64,000 bases of DNA. It comes from Myxococcota bacterium (GTDB lineage: Bacteria > Myxococcota_A > Polyangia > Nannocystales > Nannocystaceae). The translations under genes and the position numbers were made by a program. Below, one piece after another: positions 48,677 through 58,780 of this stretch. Under the pieces are notes generated by a model. It was given only the letters and a program-made list of their open reading frames with translations, was not told the origin of the DNA and made no database searches. The stretch lies in contig JBCCHT010000002.1 of the NCBI GenBank assembly GCA_039028615.1, positions 64,001-128,000 on the forward strand, given 5' to 3'. Within the stretch, counting starts at the first letter, position 1. Each line of letters starts with the position of its first letter.

Positions 48677-49906
48677 ATGGCTCGTGTACTCGTTGGACTC
48701 GCCCTCGGCCTCGTCGCCCTCACGGCTACGGACGCGCTCGCCTCTCCGCAGACCTACCAGGAAGCGACCGAGGCCTACCTGGCGACCGTGCCGGCCGAAG
48801 CCAAGGCCCGCTCCGACGCCTATTTCGAGGGCGGCTACTGGATGCAGCTGTGGTCGTTCCTCATCGGCGTCGCGTGGGCGGTGCTGCTGCTTCGCCAGCG
48901 CTGGTCGGCCCGCATCCGCGACCGGGCCGAGCGCATCAGCCAGCGACGCAACGTCCAAGTCTTCGCCTACTGGACGATGTACTCGCTGCTGTCGGCCGCC
49001 GCCTTGCTGCCCTGGACCTACTACAGCGGTTTCGTGCGCGAGCACGAGTACGGGCTGGCCACGCAGACGGCCGGGGCATGGTTCGGCGACTGGGCCAAGG
49101 GCCAGGGCCTCGCCGTCGTGCTCGGCGGCCTCGCCATCATGCTGCTCTACGCCGTGTTCCGCCGCGCTCCTCGACGCTGGTGGCTATGGGGCGCCGGGGT
49201 GTCGCTCGTCCTGCTCGTCATCGCGATGGCGCTCGGCCCCGTGTACATCTCGCCGCTGTTCAACGAGTACACGCCGCTCGCCGACGGACCGGTCAAGTCG
49301 GCCGTACTCCAGATGGCGCATGCCAACGGGGTCGACGCGAACGAAATCTTCATGAGCGACGCCTCGGCCCAGAGCACCCGCATCAGCGCCAACGTGGCCG
49401 GCATGCTGGGCACCGAGCGCATCACCCTGAACGACAACCTGCTCGAGCGCTGCTCCCAGGCCGAGATCGAGGCGGTGATGGGCCACGAGCTGGGCCACTA
49501 CGTGCTCAACCATATGTACGAGAGCCTGGTGTTCTTCGGCGTGCTCGCGGTCATCGCCGCCGCCTTCGTGCGCTGGGGCTTCGCGTGGTTCGTGCAGCGC
49601 CACGGCGAACGCTGCGGTGTGCGGGGCATCGACGACCCCGCCGGGCTGCCCGTGCTCGGCCTGCTGCTGTCGATCTTCGGCTTCCTGGCCACCCCGGTGA
49701 CCAATAGCTACATCCGGGCCAACGAAGCCGAAGCGGACATCTTCGGGCTCAATGCCGCCCGCCAGCCCGATGGTTTCGCCACCACGGCGCTCAAGCTGGG
49801 CGAGTACCGCAAACTCGACCCCGGGCCGATCGAAGAGGTTCTGTTCTTCGACCACCCCTCGGGTCGCACCCGCATCGAGATGGCGATGCGGTTCAAACAT
49901 CGCTGA
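48677..49906 (+). CDS. M48 (Ste24-like) membrane zinc metalloprotease
   Basis: Multiple TM segments, HELGH, EAEAD, DHP. Confidence 0.9.
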   Translation: MARVLVGLALGLVALTATDALASPQTYQEATEAYLATVPAEAKARSDAYFEGGYWMQLWSFLIGVAWAVLLLRQRWSARIRDRAERISQRRNVQVFAYWTMYSLLSAAALLPWTYYSGFVREHEYGLATQTAGAWFGDWAKGQGLAVVLGGLAIMLLYAVFRRAPRRWWLWGAGVSLVLLVIAMALGPVYISPLFNEYTPLADGPVKSAVLQMAHANGVDANEIFMSDASAQSTRISANVAGMLGTERITLNDNLLERCSQAEIEAVMGHELGHYVLNHMYESLVFFGVLAVIAAAFVRWGFAWFVQRHGERCGVRGIDDPAGLPVLGLLLSIFGFLATPVTNSYIRANEAEADIFGLNAARQPDGFATTALKLGEYRKLDPGPIEEVLFFDHPSGRTRIEMAMRFKHR

Positions 49907-49930
49907 AGACCCATGCCTACCGACCGCCCC

Positions 49931-50734
49931 ATGACCCGACGTTCCCTGCTTCGTACCACCGCTGGCGCCACGGCCAGCCTGCTCGGGGGGTGCATGCCCG
50001 GCATGGTGATGGAGCCGGGCGCCAGGGGTCTGGGCGGCGTACCGCACGACTGGGTCAGGCCCTTGGGGGCGGGGCACGAGGACGGCCCCGCGCCGCTCAC
50101 CGATGCGTCGCTCGAGCAGATCATGGCCCGGTGCAATCCCGTGACCGTCTACGACGCCGCGCACGGCGGGACCACGGGCGCCCAGGACAACGTCGCCGTG
50201 CTGCACTCGGGCGACGCCAAGCTCATCGCGCGCCCGAATGCCTCGGGGAGCTGGGACGTCTCGAAGTTTCGGGTCGCGCACATGCGGGGGCAAGAGCTGC
50301 CATCACGCTACGACGAGCTGCGCACGCCAGATTTCATCGGCGCGGGCGACCGCACCGCGAAGTTCTCGAAGTACCGAGCCAACGACCCCATCGGCATCGC
50401 TTCGGGCAGCACGTTCTACTGGCAACGAGTGACGCAGGTGCACAACCGCGAGGACCAGATCCTGCCGCGCGGGCCGATGTACGAGGACTTCGTGTCCACC
50501 ACCATCTCGATCTGCGTCGACTTGGCCCACTTCCTCGGTGCCGATCGGGCGGGCTATCGGATCTTCATGGAAGGCAACATGCCGCGCCTCGGCCTCGACG
50601 ACGTCGACCGGGCGGCACTGGCCCACTTCATCGCGTGGAAGGACGACGGCCTCGACGTGTCGCGCCGCAGCTACACGCTGACCATGTACACCTACGACGC
50701 CCCCTACATGGTGCCGCGCGTCCCCGATTGGTAG
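49931..50734 (+). CDS. Hypothetical Tat-signal lipoprotein
   Basis: MTRRSLLRTTAGATASLLGGC; alternative start 49913. Confidence 0.7.
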   Translation: MTRRSLLRTTAGATASLLGGCMPGMVMEPGARGLGGVPHDWVRPLGAGHEDGPAPLTDASLEQIMARCNPVTVYDAAHGGTTGAQDNVAVLHSGDAKLIARPNASGSWDVSKFRVAHMRGQELPSRYDELRTPDFIGAGDRTAKFSKYRANDPIGIASGSTFYWQRVTQVHNREDQILPRGPMYEDFVSTTISICVDLAHFLGADRAGYRIFMEGNMPRLGLDDVDRAALAHFIAWKDDGLDVSRRSYTLTMYTYDAPYMVPRVPDW

Positions 50735-50784
50735 CGCATCAGACGGTACGAAGGCCATGCCTGATATGCTCTAAAGGAGACTCG

Positions 50785-51570
50785 ATGGGACACGAAAAAG
50801 TCGCCGCCGCAGGTGGATTGGTCATGGTGCTCGGGCTGTTCGGGCGCCTCGGCGACGACTGCCTGCGCGCGGGTGCCCGTGGGGCTCGCTCCCTCGATGA
50901 CGTCGCGGCCGTCGCTCCGCGCACGATGAGCTGGGGCGCCGACGACACGGTGAAGATGGCCCGCAGCGCCGACGGGACCGTGAACCCGCGGGCGTTCTCG
51001 GTCCCCAAAGGCACCCCCGTACGAGGGTCGAGCGGCCATTGGGGCGAGCTGGGCTTCGATGCCCTCGACATCACCAACGTCGTCGAGCTGTCGCTCGACA
51101 CCGAGCCGGCCCCCGAAGATCGAGCCTGGCGCATGCGGGCGCGCCCCTGCGTCGGGGCGGTGCTCGCCACCGACGATCCGACGCAGTGGTCGGGCGTGTT
51201 CGAGGGGCGGGTCGAGCCCTGTGCGCCCGTGGTCGTGGTCGGTGCACTCGGCCGGGACAGTGCCTCGCTGATGCTCGACGGACAGCCGCGCTCGATGGTC
51301 GAGATGGCCGAGCGTTGCGCCGCGGGCTCGCGCGATTGCTTGTTCGTCGCCTGCTCCACCGAGGACCGCGCCTGTCGTCGCGAGGCGGCTCGCGTGGTCA
51401 CCCAAAGCCCCAGCCAGGTCCTGCCGCGCAGCTACGAGCGCGAGCTGTTGCAGCGCATCGCCGATCAGCCCCACCCGCCCGAGCGCATCGTGGCCATGGA
51501 GTCACGGGGCCCGCGGACGCGGATGGTCATCGCCGTGCCCGCCACGCGCCCCTCCGCGCCACCACGCTGA
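50785..51570 (+). CDS. Hypothetical membrane-anchored protein
   Basis: AAAGGAG RBS; N-terminal hydrophobic segment; GC3 bias. Confidence 0.6.
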   Translation: MGHEKVAAAGGLVMVLGLFGRLGDDCLRAGARGARSLDDVAAVAPRTMSWGADDTVKMARSADGTVNPRAFSVPKGTPVRGSSGHWGELGFDALDITNVVELSLDTEPAPEDRAWRMRARPCVGAVLATDDPTQWSGVFEGRVEPCAPVVVVGALGRDSASLMLDGQPRSMVEMAERCAAGSRDCLFVACSTEDRACRREAARVVTQSPSQVLPRSYERELLQRIADQPHPPERIVAMESRGPRTRMVIAVPATRPSAPPR

Positions 51571-51660
51571 ACGACGCCGGGCCCGGGCTTGCGCCGCTCG
51601 GAGCACCCACCCCACGCGTCAGGCGCCACGATCCCGCGGGCCGCAGGGTATTCTCCGGTC

Positions 51661-52338
51661 ATGAAGCTTAGGTCTTGGTTCTGGCTCGGACTGCTCGGCG
51701 CGCTCGCGGGTTGTGTCAGCAACACCATCACGCTCGAGTCGGAAACCGACGAAGGCACGGGCACCCCTCCGCCCTCGACCTCGACCTCCACTACCGCCAG
51801 CTCGGTCACGGTGAGTACCAGCGCGGCGGTCACCAGCGCCGCCGTCACCACCACGCCCCCTCCCCCGCCGGTCACCAGTGCGGTCACGACCGACGAACCC
51901 GTGCTCGACGTCGGCTTCATGGACACCACCTCGGGCATCGAGTGCGATCCGCCGTGCTCCCCGGACCACATCTGCATCGAAGGGCTGTGCTTCGAAGACC
52001 CCGACCTGACCACGGGCGACGAGTGCGGCTACATCGCGGACTGGGAGGACTGCAGCGATGGCATGGGCGGTGTGGACGACGCGCTGTGCACGGGCCCCGG
52101 CATGCTCTGCCTGTCCGAGAACCCGGTCCAGCCGGAGTTCGCCGTCTGTGCCGCCATGGGGTGCAACGACGCGTGCGACTGCCCCCTCGCGCCGCCCACC
52201 ACCGAGGCCAACGTGGTCTGCGAGGACATCACCGGAAAAGGGCAAGGCACCTGCTTCCTCGAGTGCTCCTCGGGACAGACCTGTCCCCCCGGGATGACCT
52301 GCGCGTTCGACTTCATCTGCATGTACGAGGCGAGCTGA
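51661..52338 (+). CDS. Cys-rich lipoprotein with Ser/Thr/Pro linker
   Basis: MKLRSWFWLGLLGALAGC lipobox; many Cys in the C-terminal half. Confidence 0.8.
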   Translation: MKLRSWFWLGLLGALAGCVSNTITLESETDEGTGTPPPSTSTSTTASSVTVSTSAAVTSAAVTTTPPPPPVTSAVTTDEPVLDVGFMDTTSGIECDPPCSPDHICIEGLCFEDPDLTTGDECGYIADWEDCSDGMGGVDDALCTGPGMLCLSENPVQPEFAVCAAMGCNDACDCPLAPPTTEANVVCEDITGKGQGTCFLECSSGQTCPPGMTCAFDFICMYEAS

Positions 52339-52404
52339 CCGCGACGCGGCTCGGTCGCGGCGCAGGCTCGACGAACCCTCGCCGCCCCGACCCGACACCG
52401 CTGG

Positions 52405-53070
52405 CTAGCGCCCGAACCAGAAGTTGATGCCCCCCATCACGCTGGCGCCCGCGTCGAGCCCGGCCTCGTGCACCGCCCCCTGTCCGCCGACCTCGACGGA
52501 AAACGACATCCGTGGGTTGGCGAAGGCCTCGATGCCCATGTGGCCGCCTCCGCTCACGCCGTAGCGCTGACCCGAGCCCCCCGGTCGCAGCCGACCGCCG
52601 AAGGTTACGCCACCGCCACCGTAGAGGCGCACGATGCCGCCCATCACCGGGCTGCGTCCGAACAGCTCGAGGCCACCGAAGCCGACCGGGTCGTAGCGCT
52701 CCCCCGCGGCCGAGTGCACCAGCGTACCCGTCACCCGAGCACCGAAGAACTGCCCCACCCTGCGCCCGAAGGGGACGTCCAGGTGCAGGGACTGGCCGAA
52801 GCCCGAGCCCCACAGGCCCTGGTGGATGCCGATGCCCACCCCACGCGCTCGCCGGTTCACCCGCACCACGTAGTCGCGATCGAGCATGGGTGCGACCGGC
52901 TCGGGGCCTCGCTCGACCTGGCTCGCGGCATGGTGCTCACCGCTGACGGGCGCGGCGGCCATCGTGACCGAGTCCGCCACGTTGGGCTCGGCGATCCCGT
53001 CGGCCTCCTGAGGATCGGCGGCCATGGTCAGAGCGATGGAGGAGGAGACGAGGATGCTCGAGAAGCTCAT
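52405..53070 (-). CDS. Small outer-membrane beta-barrel-like protein
   Basis: Signal peptide, alternating Gly/hydrophobic strands, C-terminal GGINFWFGR. Confidence 0.7.
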   Translation of the reverse strand: MSFSSILVSSSIALTMAADPQEADGIAEPNVADSVTMAAAPVSGEHHAASQVERGPEPVAPMLDRDYVVRVNRRARGVGIGIHQGLWGSGFGQSLHLDVPFGRRVGQFFGARVTGTLVHSAAGERYDPVGFGGLELFGRSPVMGGIVRLYGGGGVTFGGRLRPGGSGQRYGVSGGGHMGIEAFANPRMSFSVEVGGQGAVHEAGLDAGASVMGGINFWFGR

Positions 53071-53124
53071 GTCTTCGTTCTGAGGGGCAGGCGATGGGTC
53101 GACCACTCACGCGCGTCAGCCCTC

Positions 53125-53146
53125 GGACATGACAGCTGTCATGTCC
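53125..53146. promoter_or_regulatory. Perfect 22-bp palindrome, candidate DesR/NarL-type operator
   Basis: GGACATGACAGCTGTCATGTCC equals its reverse complement; lies between the divergent OMP and TCS genes. Confidence 0.75.
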
Positions 53147-53193
53147 AAGTCGATGACCGGCCTGCACCACGGCCCGACGCGCTACCCTTAGGC

Positions 53194-54321
53194 GTGCCCC
53201 GGCGATGGCAATTGCTGCCCGACGACCCCGAAATCGGCTGGATCCCGTACGTTTGGCTCCTGTATCTAGGTTTCGTCGTCCTCACTCCCGTCTTCGGCGA
53301 CCTGACCGAAGACATGACGATGTGGGCCGTGACGGGGATCACCACGGCCCTGTTCGTCCCGCTCTACTTCCTCGGCTACTGGTACCGCGGCACCGCCCGA
53401 ATCAAGCTCGCGCTGGGGATGTGCGTCCTGGGCATCGTGCTGGCCCCCTTCAACCCGGGCGGCAGTACGTTCTTCATCTACGCCGCCTATTTCGCCGGCC
53501 TGTACGACGACCGAATCGGCCGCAGCATGGCCGCGGTGGGCCTGGTGCTCGTCGTCCTGGTCGCGGCTGCGTTCCTCGTCCAGCCCATCATCTACTTCTG
53601 GGCGCCGGGCGGCATGGGCGTGGTGGTCATCGGCCTCATCGGTAGCCACAACGCGCGCAGTCACTCGCGCATCGAAGAGCTGCGGCTGGCCCGGGCCGAG
53701 GTCGAGACGCTGGCCCGCATCGCCGAGCGCGAGCGCATCGCCGCCGACCTGCACGACCTGCTGGGCCACTCGCTGTCGGTCATCGCCCTCAAGTCCGAGC
53801 TCGCCCAGCACTTGGTGGAGCGCGACGCCGCCCGGGCCACCCAGGAGATGACGGACGTACACGAGGTCGCCCGCAAGGCGCTGTCGGAGGTCCGCACCGC
53901 CGTCGGCGGCTATCGGGTCGGCAGCGGTGCCGGTCTGCGCCAAGAACTCGATGGTGCGGAGCGTGCCCTCGAAGCGGCCGGGGTCGCCTTGATCGTCGTC
54001 GAGGGCCCCGAGCACGTGGCCAAGTCGCTCGACGCCGCGCACGAGGGCGTGCTCGCGCTGGCCCTGCGAGAAGCGGCCACCAACATCATGCGTCACGCTC
54101 GAGCATCGAAGTGCGAGCTCACCTTCTTTGGCGAGAGCGAGGGCTGCGGCCTCGAGATTCGCGACGACGGCCGGGGCGTCCGAGGCACCCCCGGTCACGG
54201 ATTGCAGACGATGAAGCGAAGAGTCGAAGCCCAGGGAGGCACCATGGAAATCGTCAGCGACGCCGAGGGAACCCGGCTGCGGGTCATGCTCGATCCGGTC
54301 GCCCAGGAAGGTGCGGCATGA
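53194..54321 (+). CDS. DesK-like membrane sensor histidine kinase (HisKA_3)
   Basis: ~5 TM segments; ERERIAADLHDLLGHSLS, EAATNIMRH, DDGRG, GHGL; start approximate. Confidence 0.88.
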   Translation: MPRRWQLLPDDPEIGWIPYVWLLYLGFVVLTPVFGDLTEDMTMWAVTGITTALFVPLYFLGYWYRGTARIKLALGMCVLGIVLAPFNPGGSTFFIYAAYFAGLYDDRIGRSMAAVGLVLVVLVAAAFLVQPIIYFWAPGGMGVVVIGLIGSHNARSHSRIEELRLARAEVETLARIAERERIAADLHDLLGHSLSVIALKSELAQHLVERDAARATQEMTDVHEVARKALSEVRTAVGGYRVGSGAGLRQELDGAERALEAAGVALIVVEGPEHVAKSLDAAHEGVLALALREAATNIMRHARASKCELTFFGESEGCGLEIRDDGRGVRGTPGHGLQTMKRRVEAQGGTMEIVSDAEGTRLRVMLDPVAQEGAA

Positions 54322-54920
54322 TCCGCGTCATGTTGGTCGAGGACCAAGGCATGGTCCTGGGGGCCCTGGCCGCCCTGCTCGAGCTCGAGGAGGACTTGCG
54401 AGTCATCGCCCGAGCCAGCCGCGGCGACGAAGCGCTCGAGCGGCTCCGCGAGCAAGAGGTCGACATCGTCGTCACCGACATCGAGATGCCGGTCATGAAC
54501 GGACTCGAGCTGTGCGCCGCTGTTCGTCACCACCACCCGCAGACCCGCGTCGTCGTGCTGACCACCTTCGCCCGCTCCGGCTACCTGCGGCGAGCCATGG
54601 AGGCCGGCGCCCAGGCCTACCTGCTCAAAGATGCGCCCGCGCGCAGCCTCGCCGATGCCATCCGCACCGTGACCAAGGGCGGCCGCGTCGTCGACCCCCA
54701 GCTCGCCTCCGAAGCCTGGTCCGAGCCCGACCCCCTGACCCACCGCGAGCGGCAAGCCCTGCGCCATGCGGAGAACGGGCTGAGCACCGAGCAGATTGCC
54801 CACGAGCTCGAGCTGTCCGTGGGTACGGTGCGGAACTATCTGTCGAGTGCCATCGGCAAGCTCGGCGCGAAGAACCGCGCCGAAGCGGCCAGCAAGGCGC
54901 GCAGCAAGGGCTGGCTCTGA
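54318..54920 (+). CDS. DesR-like NarL-family response regulator
   Basis: EDQ, TDIEMP, LTTFARSGYL, LuxR HTH GTVRNYLS; ATGA overlap. Confidence 0.92.
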   Translation: MIRVMLVEDQGMVLGALAALLELEEDLRVIARASRGDEALERLREQEVDIVVTDIEMPVMNGLELCAAVRHHHPQTRVVVLTTFARSGYLRRAMEAGAQAYLLKDAPARSLADAIRTVTKGGRVVDPQLASEAWSEPDPLTHRERQALRHAENGLSTEQIAHELELSVGTVRNYLSSAIGKLGAKNRAEAASKARSKGWL

Positions 54921-54939
54921 GGCCCGTCGAGCCGGCGCC

Positions 54940-56358
54940 CTAGCGCACCGACTCGCCCACCGTCAGCACCGCGGCGAGCCCTTCGTCGCAGGTGGGGACG
55001 ATCTGCTCGGGCGGCAGCACGAACCCACCGCCGCCGCGCGGGCGCAGCTCGATGACGAACGACTTGGCATCGAGCTCGCCGTAGGCCCAGTCCATCAGCG
55101 TGCCCGCGGCGGGATAGAGCGACTGGGCCGACATCAGCCGGTAGCGGGTGCCGTGCGGCTTGCCCATGACGTCGACCATGGCCTTGCCCGTCTTCTTGAG
55201 CGCGGCGTAGTCCCGCGGGCGAGTACGGGTGTGGCTCCACGGGTGCAGGAGCATTTGGCCGTAGCTGTGGAAGTCGATGTGGGCGTCGATGTCGTGCGCG
55301 ACCATGAGGTCTCGCAGCGCGGCGGACTCGGGCTCGGAGAACGGGCCCTCGCCGCGATAGACCTGGGAGGACGGCTTGTCGCTCGACCCGTCGCCGCCCC
55401 AGGCGAGGCCGAAGTTGCGGTTGAGGTCGACGCCGTGACCGTCGCGACGGTTCTTTCGCCAGTAGCGGTCACTCTTCCAGCTGTGCACGTAGCCGTCGGG
55501 GTTGGCCACGGGCAGGACCCACAGCTCGCTTTGGTCGACGAAGTCTCGGATGCGCTCGTCCTGGTCGTAACCCCGCAGCAAGCGGTCGGCGACGCAGGTG
55601 GAGACGGCCATGGCGATCCACTCGCGGGCATGCAGGCCACCATCGACGACCATGCCGAAACGGCGCTGCCCCTTGCCGCGCACGTGCAACGCCCGAAGGA
55701 GCCGACCCTCCAACGAGGACCCCACCGTCTCGACCTGGGCGAGGTCGGGGCGCAGCTGCGCCAGGGTGTCGAGGTAGGCGTGGATGGTGGGCAGGTCGCG
55801 ATACTCGGAAAACCACTGTTCGGGCGAAGGGCGAGCGACCTCCACCTGGGCCAGTCGCTCACGCTCGGCCTCGGCCACCGCGAGGACGTCGGGCACGATG
55901 ACCTCGATGCTCAGGTCATGCTCGCCGACCCAGGCCAAGCCAGCCGCATCGAGCACGACGTCGACGGTGGGCTCTCGCAGGCGCTCGCTCCAGACGTCCT
56001 GCGCGCGGGCGAGCAGCTCGGCCCGCAGCGCGGCGGTGCCCGGGGTCACCCGCACCGCCACCAGGGTGTCCTCGGCGATGGCCAGCGGCGCGTCGGCAGC
56101 CGGAGCTGCGACCTCGTCGGCCGCAGCCCTCTGCGCGACGGCGGTGGCGGTGTGCTCGACTTGGCCGAGCGGCGGCGGCTGGCTCTGTCCGTAGACGATG
56201 CCGCCCACCACGAGCAGGCCCAAGCCGACGACCCAGCCGCCATGCAGGCTCGGGCCCCCGGTGCCCAGCGGCCAGCTCGAAGATCCTCGTCGTCGTTGTC
56301 GCTTGCCTGGGCCTCGACTCACGTCAACCAGCGTAGGCACCCCGGCGCTCGAATGCAC
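54940..56358 (-). CDS. M14 zinc carboxypeptidase (carboxypeptidase T-like) with N-terminal membrane segment
   Basis: HAREW, NPDG, RKNR, DLNRN, DFHSY, IELR; start uncertain. Confidence 0.88.
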   Translation of the reverse strand: MHSSAGVPTLVDVSRGPGKRQRRRGSSSWPLGTGGPSLHGGWVVGLGLLVVGGIVYGQSQPPPLGQVEHTATAVAQRAAADEVAAPAADAPLAIAEDTLVAVRVTPGTAALRAELLARAQDVWSERLREPTVDVVLDAAGLAWVGEHDLSIEVIVPDVLAVAEAERERLAQVEVARPSPEQWFSEYRDLPTIHAYLDTLAQLRPDLAQVETVGSSLEGRLLRALHVRGKGQRRFGMVVDGGLHAREWIAMAVSTCVADRLLRGYDQDERIRDFVDQSELWVLPVANPDGYVHSWKSDRYWRKNRRDGHGVDLNRNFGLAWGGDGSSDKPSSQVYRGEGPFSEPESAALRDLMVAHDIDAHIDFHSYGQMLLHPWSHTRTRPRDYAALKKTGKAMVDVMGKPHGTRYRLMSAQSLYPAAGTLMDWAYGELDAKSFVIELRPRGGGGFVLPPEQIVPTCDEGLAAVLTVGESVR

Positions 56359-56412
56359 GAAGGATCGACGGCCCGAGGCGGGGCACGGTGCGCCGCGACC
56401 GCGAGACCGCGC

Positions 56413-57228
56413 TCAGGGCCACTGCAGCCGGACTTCGTCGCCACAGCCCCGAATCACGAGCTGCGCCCCATCCACGTGCAATTGCACGCGGTCCTCGGAT
56501 TCGCTCGGCTCGACCTCCTCACCGTCGTAGTCCTCGCGCCGCTCGATCAGAAGCGGCGGCTGTCCGCTGCCCGCGTCCACGAACGAGTCGAGCTGGGACT
56601 TGGAGTGGTCGAAGCAGCCGACCATGCACTCGTCATCGAGCAGCGGGTCGCACTCCTTCTCCCCGTCGTATCCTTCGGCCCGCGGATGCACGACCTGCAC
56701 ATTCGCCCACCGTTGCGGATCGTCGGTGGCCTCGGTCTCCACCTGCGGCATGCAGTGGAAGGTCCGAATCCCCAGCAGGCTCGGGCGCACCACCGAGATG
56801 CGACCGTCGCCCCCGAGCACCGCGACTCCGCCGACGGCGATGTCGGTCCAGTCACCGCTGACTCGGCCGAGGGCGCGAGGTTGACCCGGCAACGAGGCCG
56901 CGAGTGTCTCGGTCTCCGGCTCGGGCGCGTCGTCGAACGCATCGAGCAGCTCGGGGTCGACGAGCGTGCGATAGGCCTCCGCCCAGGTGTCGACCTGCGT
57001 GCGCGATGGACTGCGCGTGGCTCGGACCTCGCAGTCGTCCCCGCGAAACTCGTAGATCACCGAGGCCTCCGTCGACCACGACGCCAAGGGGTGGGCGCGG
57101 GCGGTCCGTGCCTGGGCGACGTCGGAGATCCGGTTCGCGAGCGAGGAACTCGGCCGGGCCGCGGACTCGAACCCCGGCACCGCCGCCAACAGCAGGCCGC
57201 TCACCCACACGCTCGCGCGACGACTCAC
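56413..57228 (-). CDS. Hypothetical secreted protein
   Basis: Signal-like MSRRASVWVSGLLLAAVPG; acidic mature region with several Cys; start approximate. Confidence 0.55.
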   Translation of the reverse strand: MSRRASVWVSGLLLAAVPGFESAARPSSSLANRISDVAQARTARAHPLASWSTEASVIYEFRGDDCEVRATRSPSRTQVDTWAEAYRTLVDPELLDAFDDAPEPETETLAASLPGQPRALGRVSGDWTDIAVGGVAVLGGDGRISVVRPSLLGIRTFHCMPQVETEATDDPQRWANVQVVHPRAEGYDGEKECDPLLDDECMVGCFDHSKSQLDSFVDAGSGQPPLLIERREDYDGEEVEPSESEDRVQLHVDGAQLVIRGCGDEVRLQWP

Positions 57229-57302
57229 CGGTCCTGCACGCGCTCGGACCGGCGGCCATTCCGCGGCGTGCGACGATTCGGGAGAAAAATCGACGCCAAC
57301 GA

Positions 57303-57331
57303 TTGCCAACCTACTAGATGGTAGGCATGGT
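57303..57331 (+). promoter_or_regulatory. Sigma70-like promoter with an operator (CCTAC-N6-GTAGG) in the spacer
   Basis: TTGCCA-17 nt-CATGGT; spacer contains CCTACTAGATGGTAGG (57310-57325). Confidence 0.65.
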
Positions 57332-57343
57332 TCAATCGAGCCG

Positions 57344-57907
57344 ATGGACACGCGAACGCAGATCCTCGACGTGGGCGAAGCCTTGATGAAGCGCGCCGGG
57401 TATTCGGGCTTCAGCTACGCCGACGTCTCCAAGGAAGTGGGCATCCGCAAGGCGAGCATCCACCACCACTTCCCCAACAAGTCCGCCCTCGCTCGGGCCG
57501 CGCTCGAGCGCTACCGCGAGGCGTCGCAGGCCCGGCTCGCCGCGTCCTTCGATCCACAATCGGGGGTCCAAGGCGCAGCGCAGTCGCTCGGGCAGATGTT
57601 CGTCGACGCCTTCGAGGGTCCGGGCAATGGGTGCCTCTGCGGCAGCTTGGCGGCCGAATGGGAGCTGCTGCCCGACGAGCTGCGCGAGCACGTCCGCGCC
57701 TACTGGAACGAGACCACCGCCTGGATGGCCGCGGCGATCATGCGGGCCGACCCCGCCGTCGTGCACGAGCACGCCACCAGCCGTGCTCGCCTCGTGGTCT
57801 CGCTGCTCGAGGGCGCGATGATGTCGGCCCGCGTCATGGGCTCGACCGCCCCGCTCCACGAGGCCACCGCCACGGCCCGCCTCCTCGCGAGCCACGCTCA
57901 CGCCTGA
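57344..57907 (+). CDS. TetR-family regulator (NemR/LmrA-like)
   Basis: [32 protein letters not shown] motif. Confidence 0.9.
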   Translation: MDTRTQILDVGEALMKRAGYSGFSYADVSKEVGIRKASIHHHFPNKSALARAALERYREASQARLAASFDPQSGVQGAAQSLGQMFVDAFEGPGNGCLCGSLAAEWELLPDELREHVRAYWNETTAWMAAAIMRADPAVVHEHATSRARLVVSLLEGAMMSARVMGSTAPLHEATATARLLASHAHA

Positions 57908-57960
57908 TCGCGACCCCCGGCGATGCCCACTCACGGCATCGCCTCGTTTTTCACCACCAA

Positions 57961-57978
57961 ACCTACCTATTAGTAGGT
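57961..57978. promoter_or_regulatory. Second copy of the TetR operator, upstream of the SDR gene
   Basis: ACCTAC-CTATTA-GTAGGT. Confidence 0.7.
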
Positions 57979-57999
57979 AGATCATCGAAAGATCGAACA

Positions 58000-58776
58000 A
58001 TGACCAAAGCACCGACTCCCTTCACCTGGATCATCGGCGGCGGCAGCGGCATGGGCCTGGCCACCGCAGCCCGGCTGGTCGCCCGTGGCGAGCACGTCGC
58101 GCTCGTCGGCCGTAGCGGCACGAAGCTCGAAGCCGCGGCGACTCAGCTCCGGCGCGACGGCTCGGGCGAGGTCGAGACCGTCGTCTGCGACATCACCGAC
58201 GCCCCATCGCTGCGGGCCCTGCTCGACCGCATGCAGTCGGACCCACGCCAGGTGACGGGGCTGGTCAACGCAGCGGGTGTGTTCGCGCCCAAGCCCTTCC
58301 TCGAGCACGACGGCGGCGACTTCGACCGCTACCACGCCATCAACCGGGGCACCTTCTTCATCACGCAGCAGGTCGCCAAGACCATGGCCGCGCACGGTGG
58401 AGGCTCGATCGTCAACGTCGGATCGATGTGGGCCCACCAGGCGGTCAAGGCCACGCCGTCGTCGGCCTACTCGATGGCCAAGGCCGGGCTGCACGCGCTG
58501 ACGCAGCACCTCGCCATGGAGCTGGCCGACGCGGGCATCCGAGTCAACGCGGTCGCGCCCGCGGTGGTGGTGACGCCGATCTACGGCGCGTTCATCGATC
58601 CGAGCGCCATCGAGTCGACCCTGAGCGACGGTTTCGATGCCTTCCACCCCATCGGCCGCGTGGGCAAGCCCCAGGACGTGGCTTCGGTGATCGACATGCT
58701 GCTCAGCGCCGAGTCCAGCTGGGTGACGGGTGCCATCTGGGACGTGGATGGTGGTGTAATGGCGGGACGGAACTGA
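58000..58776 (+). CDS. Short-chain dehydrogenase/reductase
   Basis: [28 protein letters not shown]. Confidence 0.9.
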   Translation: MTKAPTPFTWIIGGGSGMGLATAARLVARGEHVALVGRSGTKLEAAATQLRRDGSGEVETVVCDITDAPSLRALLDRMQSDPRQVTGLVNAAGVFAPKPFLEHDGGDFDRYHAINRGTFFITQQVAKTMAAHGGGSIVNVGSMWAHQAVKATPSSAYSMAKAGLHALTQHLAMELADAGIRVNAVAPAVVVTPIYGAFIDPSAIESTLSDGFDAFHPIGRVGKPQDVASVIDMLLSAESSWVTGAIWDVDGGVMAGRN

Positions 58777-58780
58777 CGCC

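Noticed and set aside
52468..53193. N-terminal extension of the histidine kinase ORF
   Set aside because: Overlaps the minus-strand OMP gene and the operator; kinase-like TM sequence begins only near 53194.
54796..57324. 842-aa plus-strand ORF
   Set aside because: Shadow spanning two minus-strand genes; no recognisable domain.
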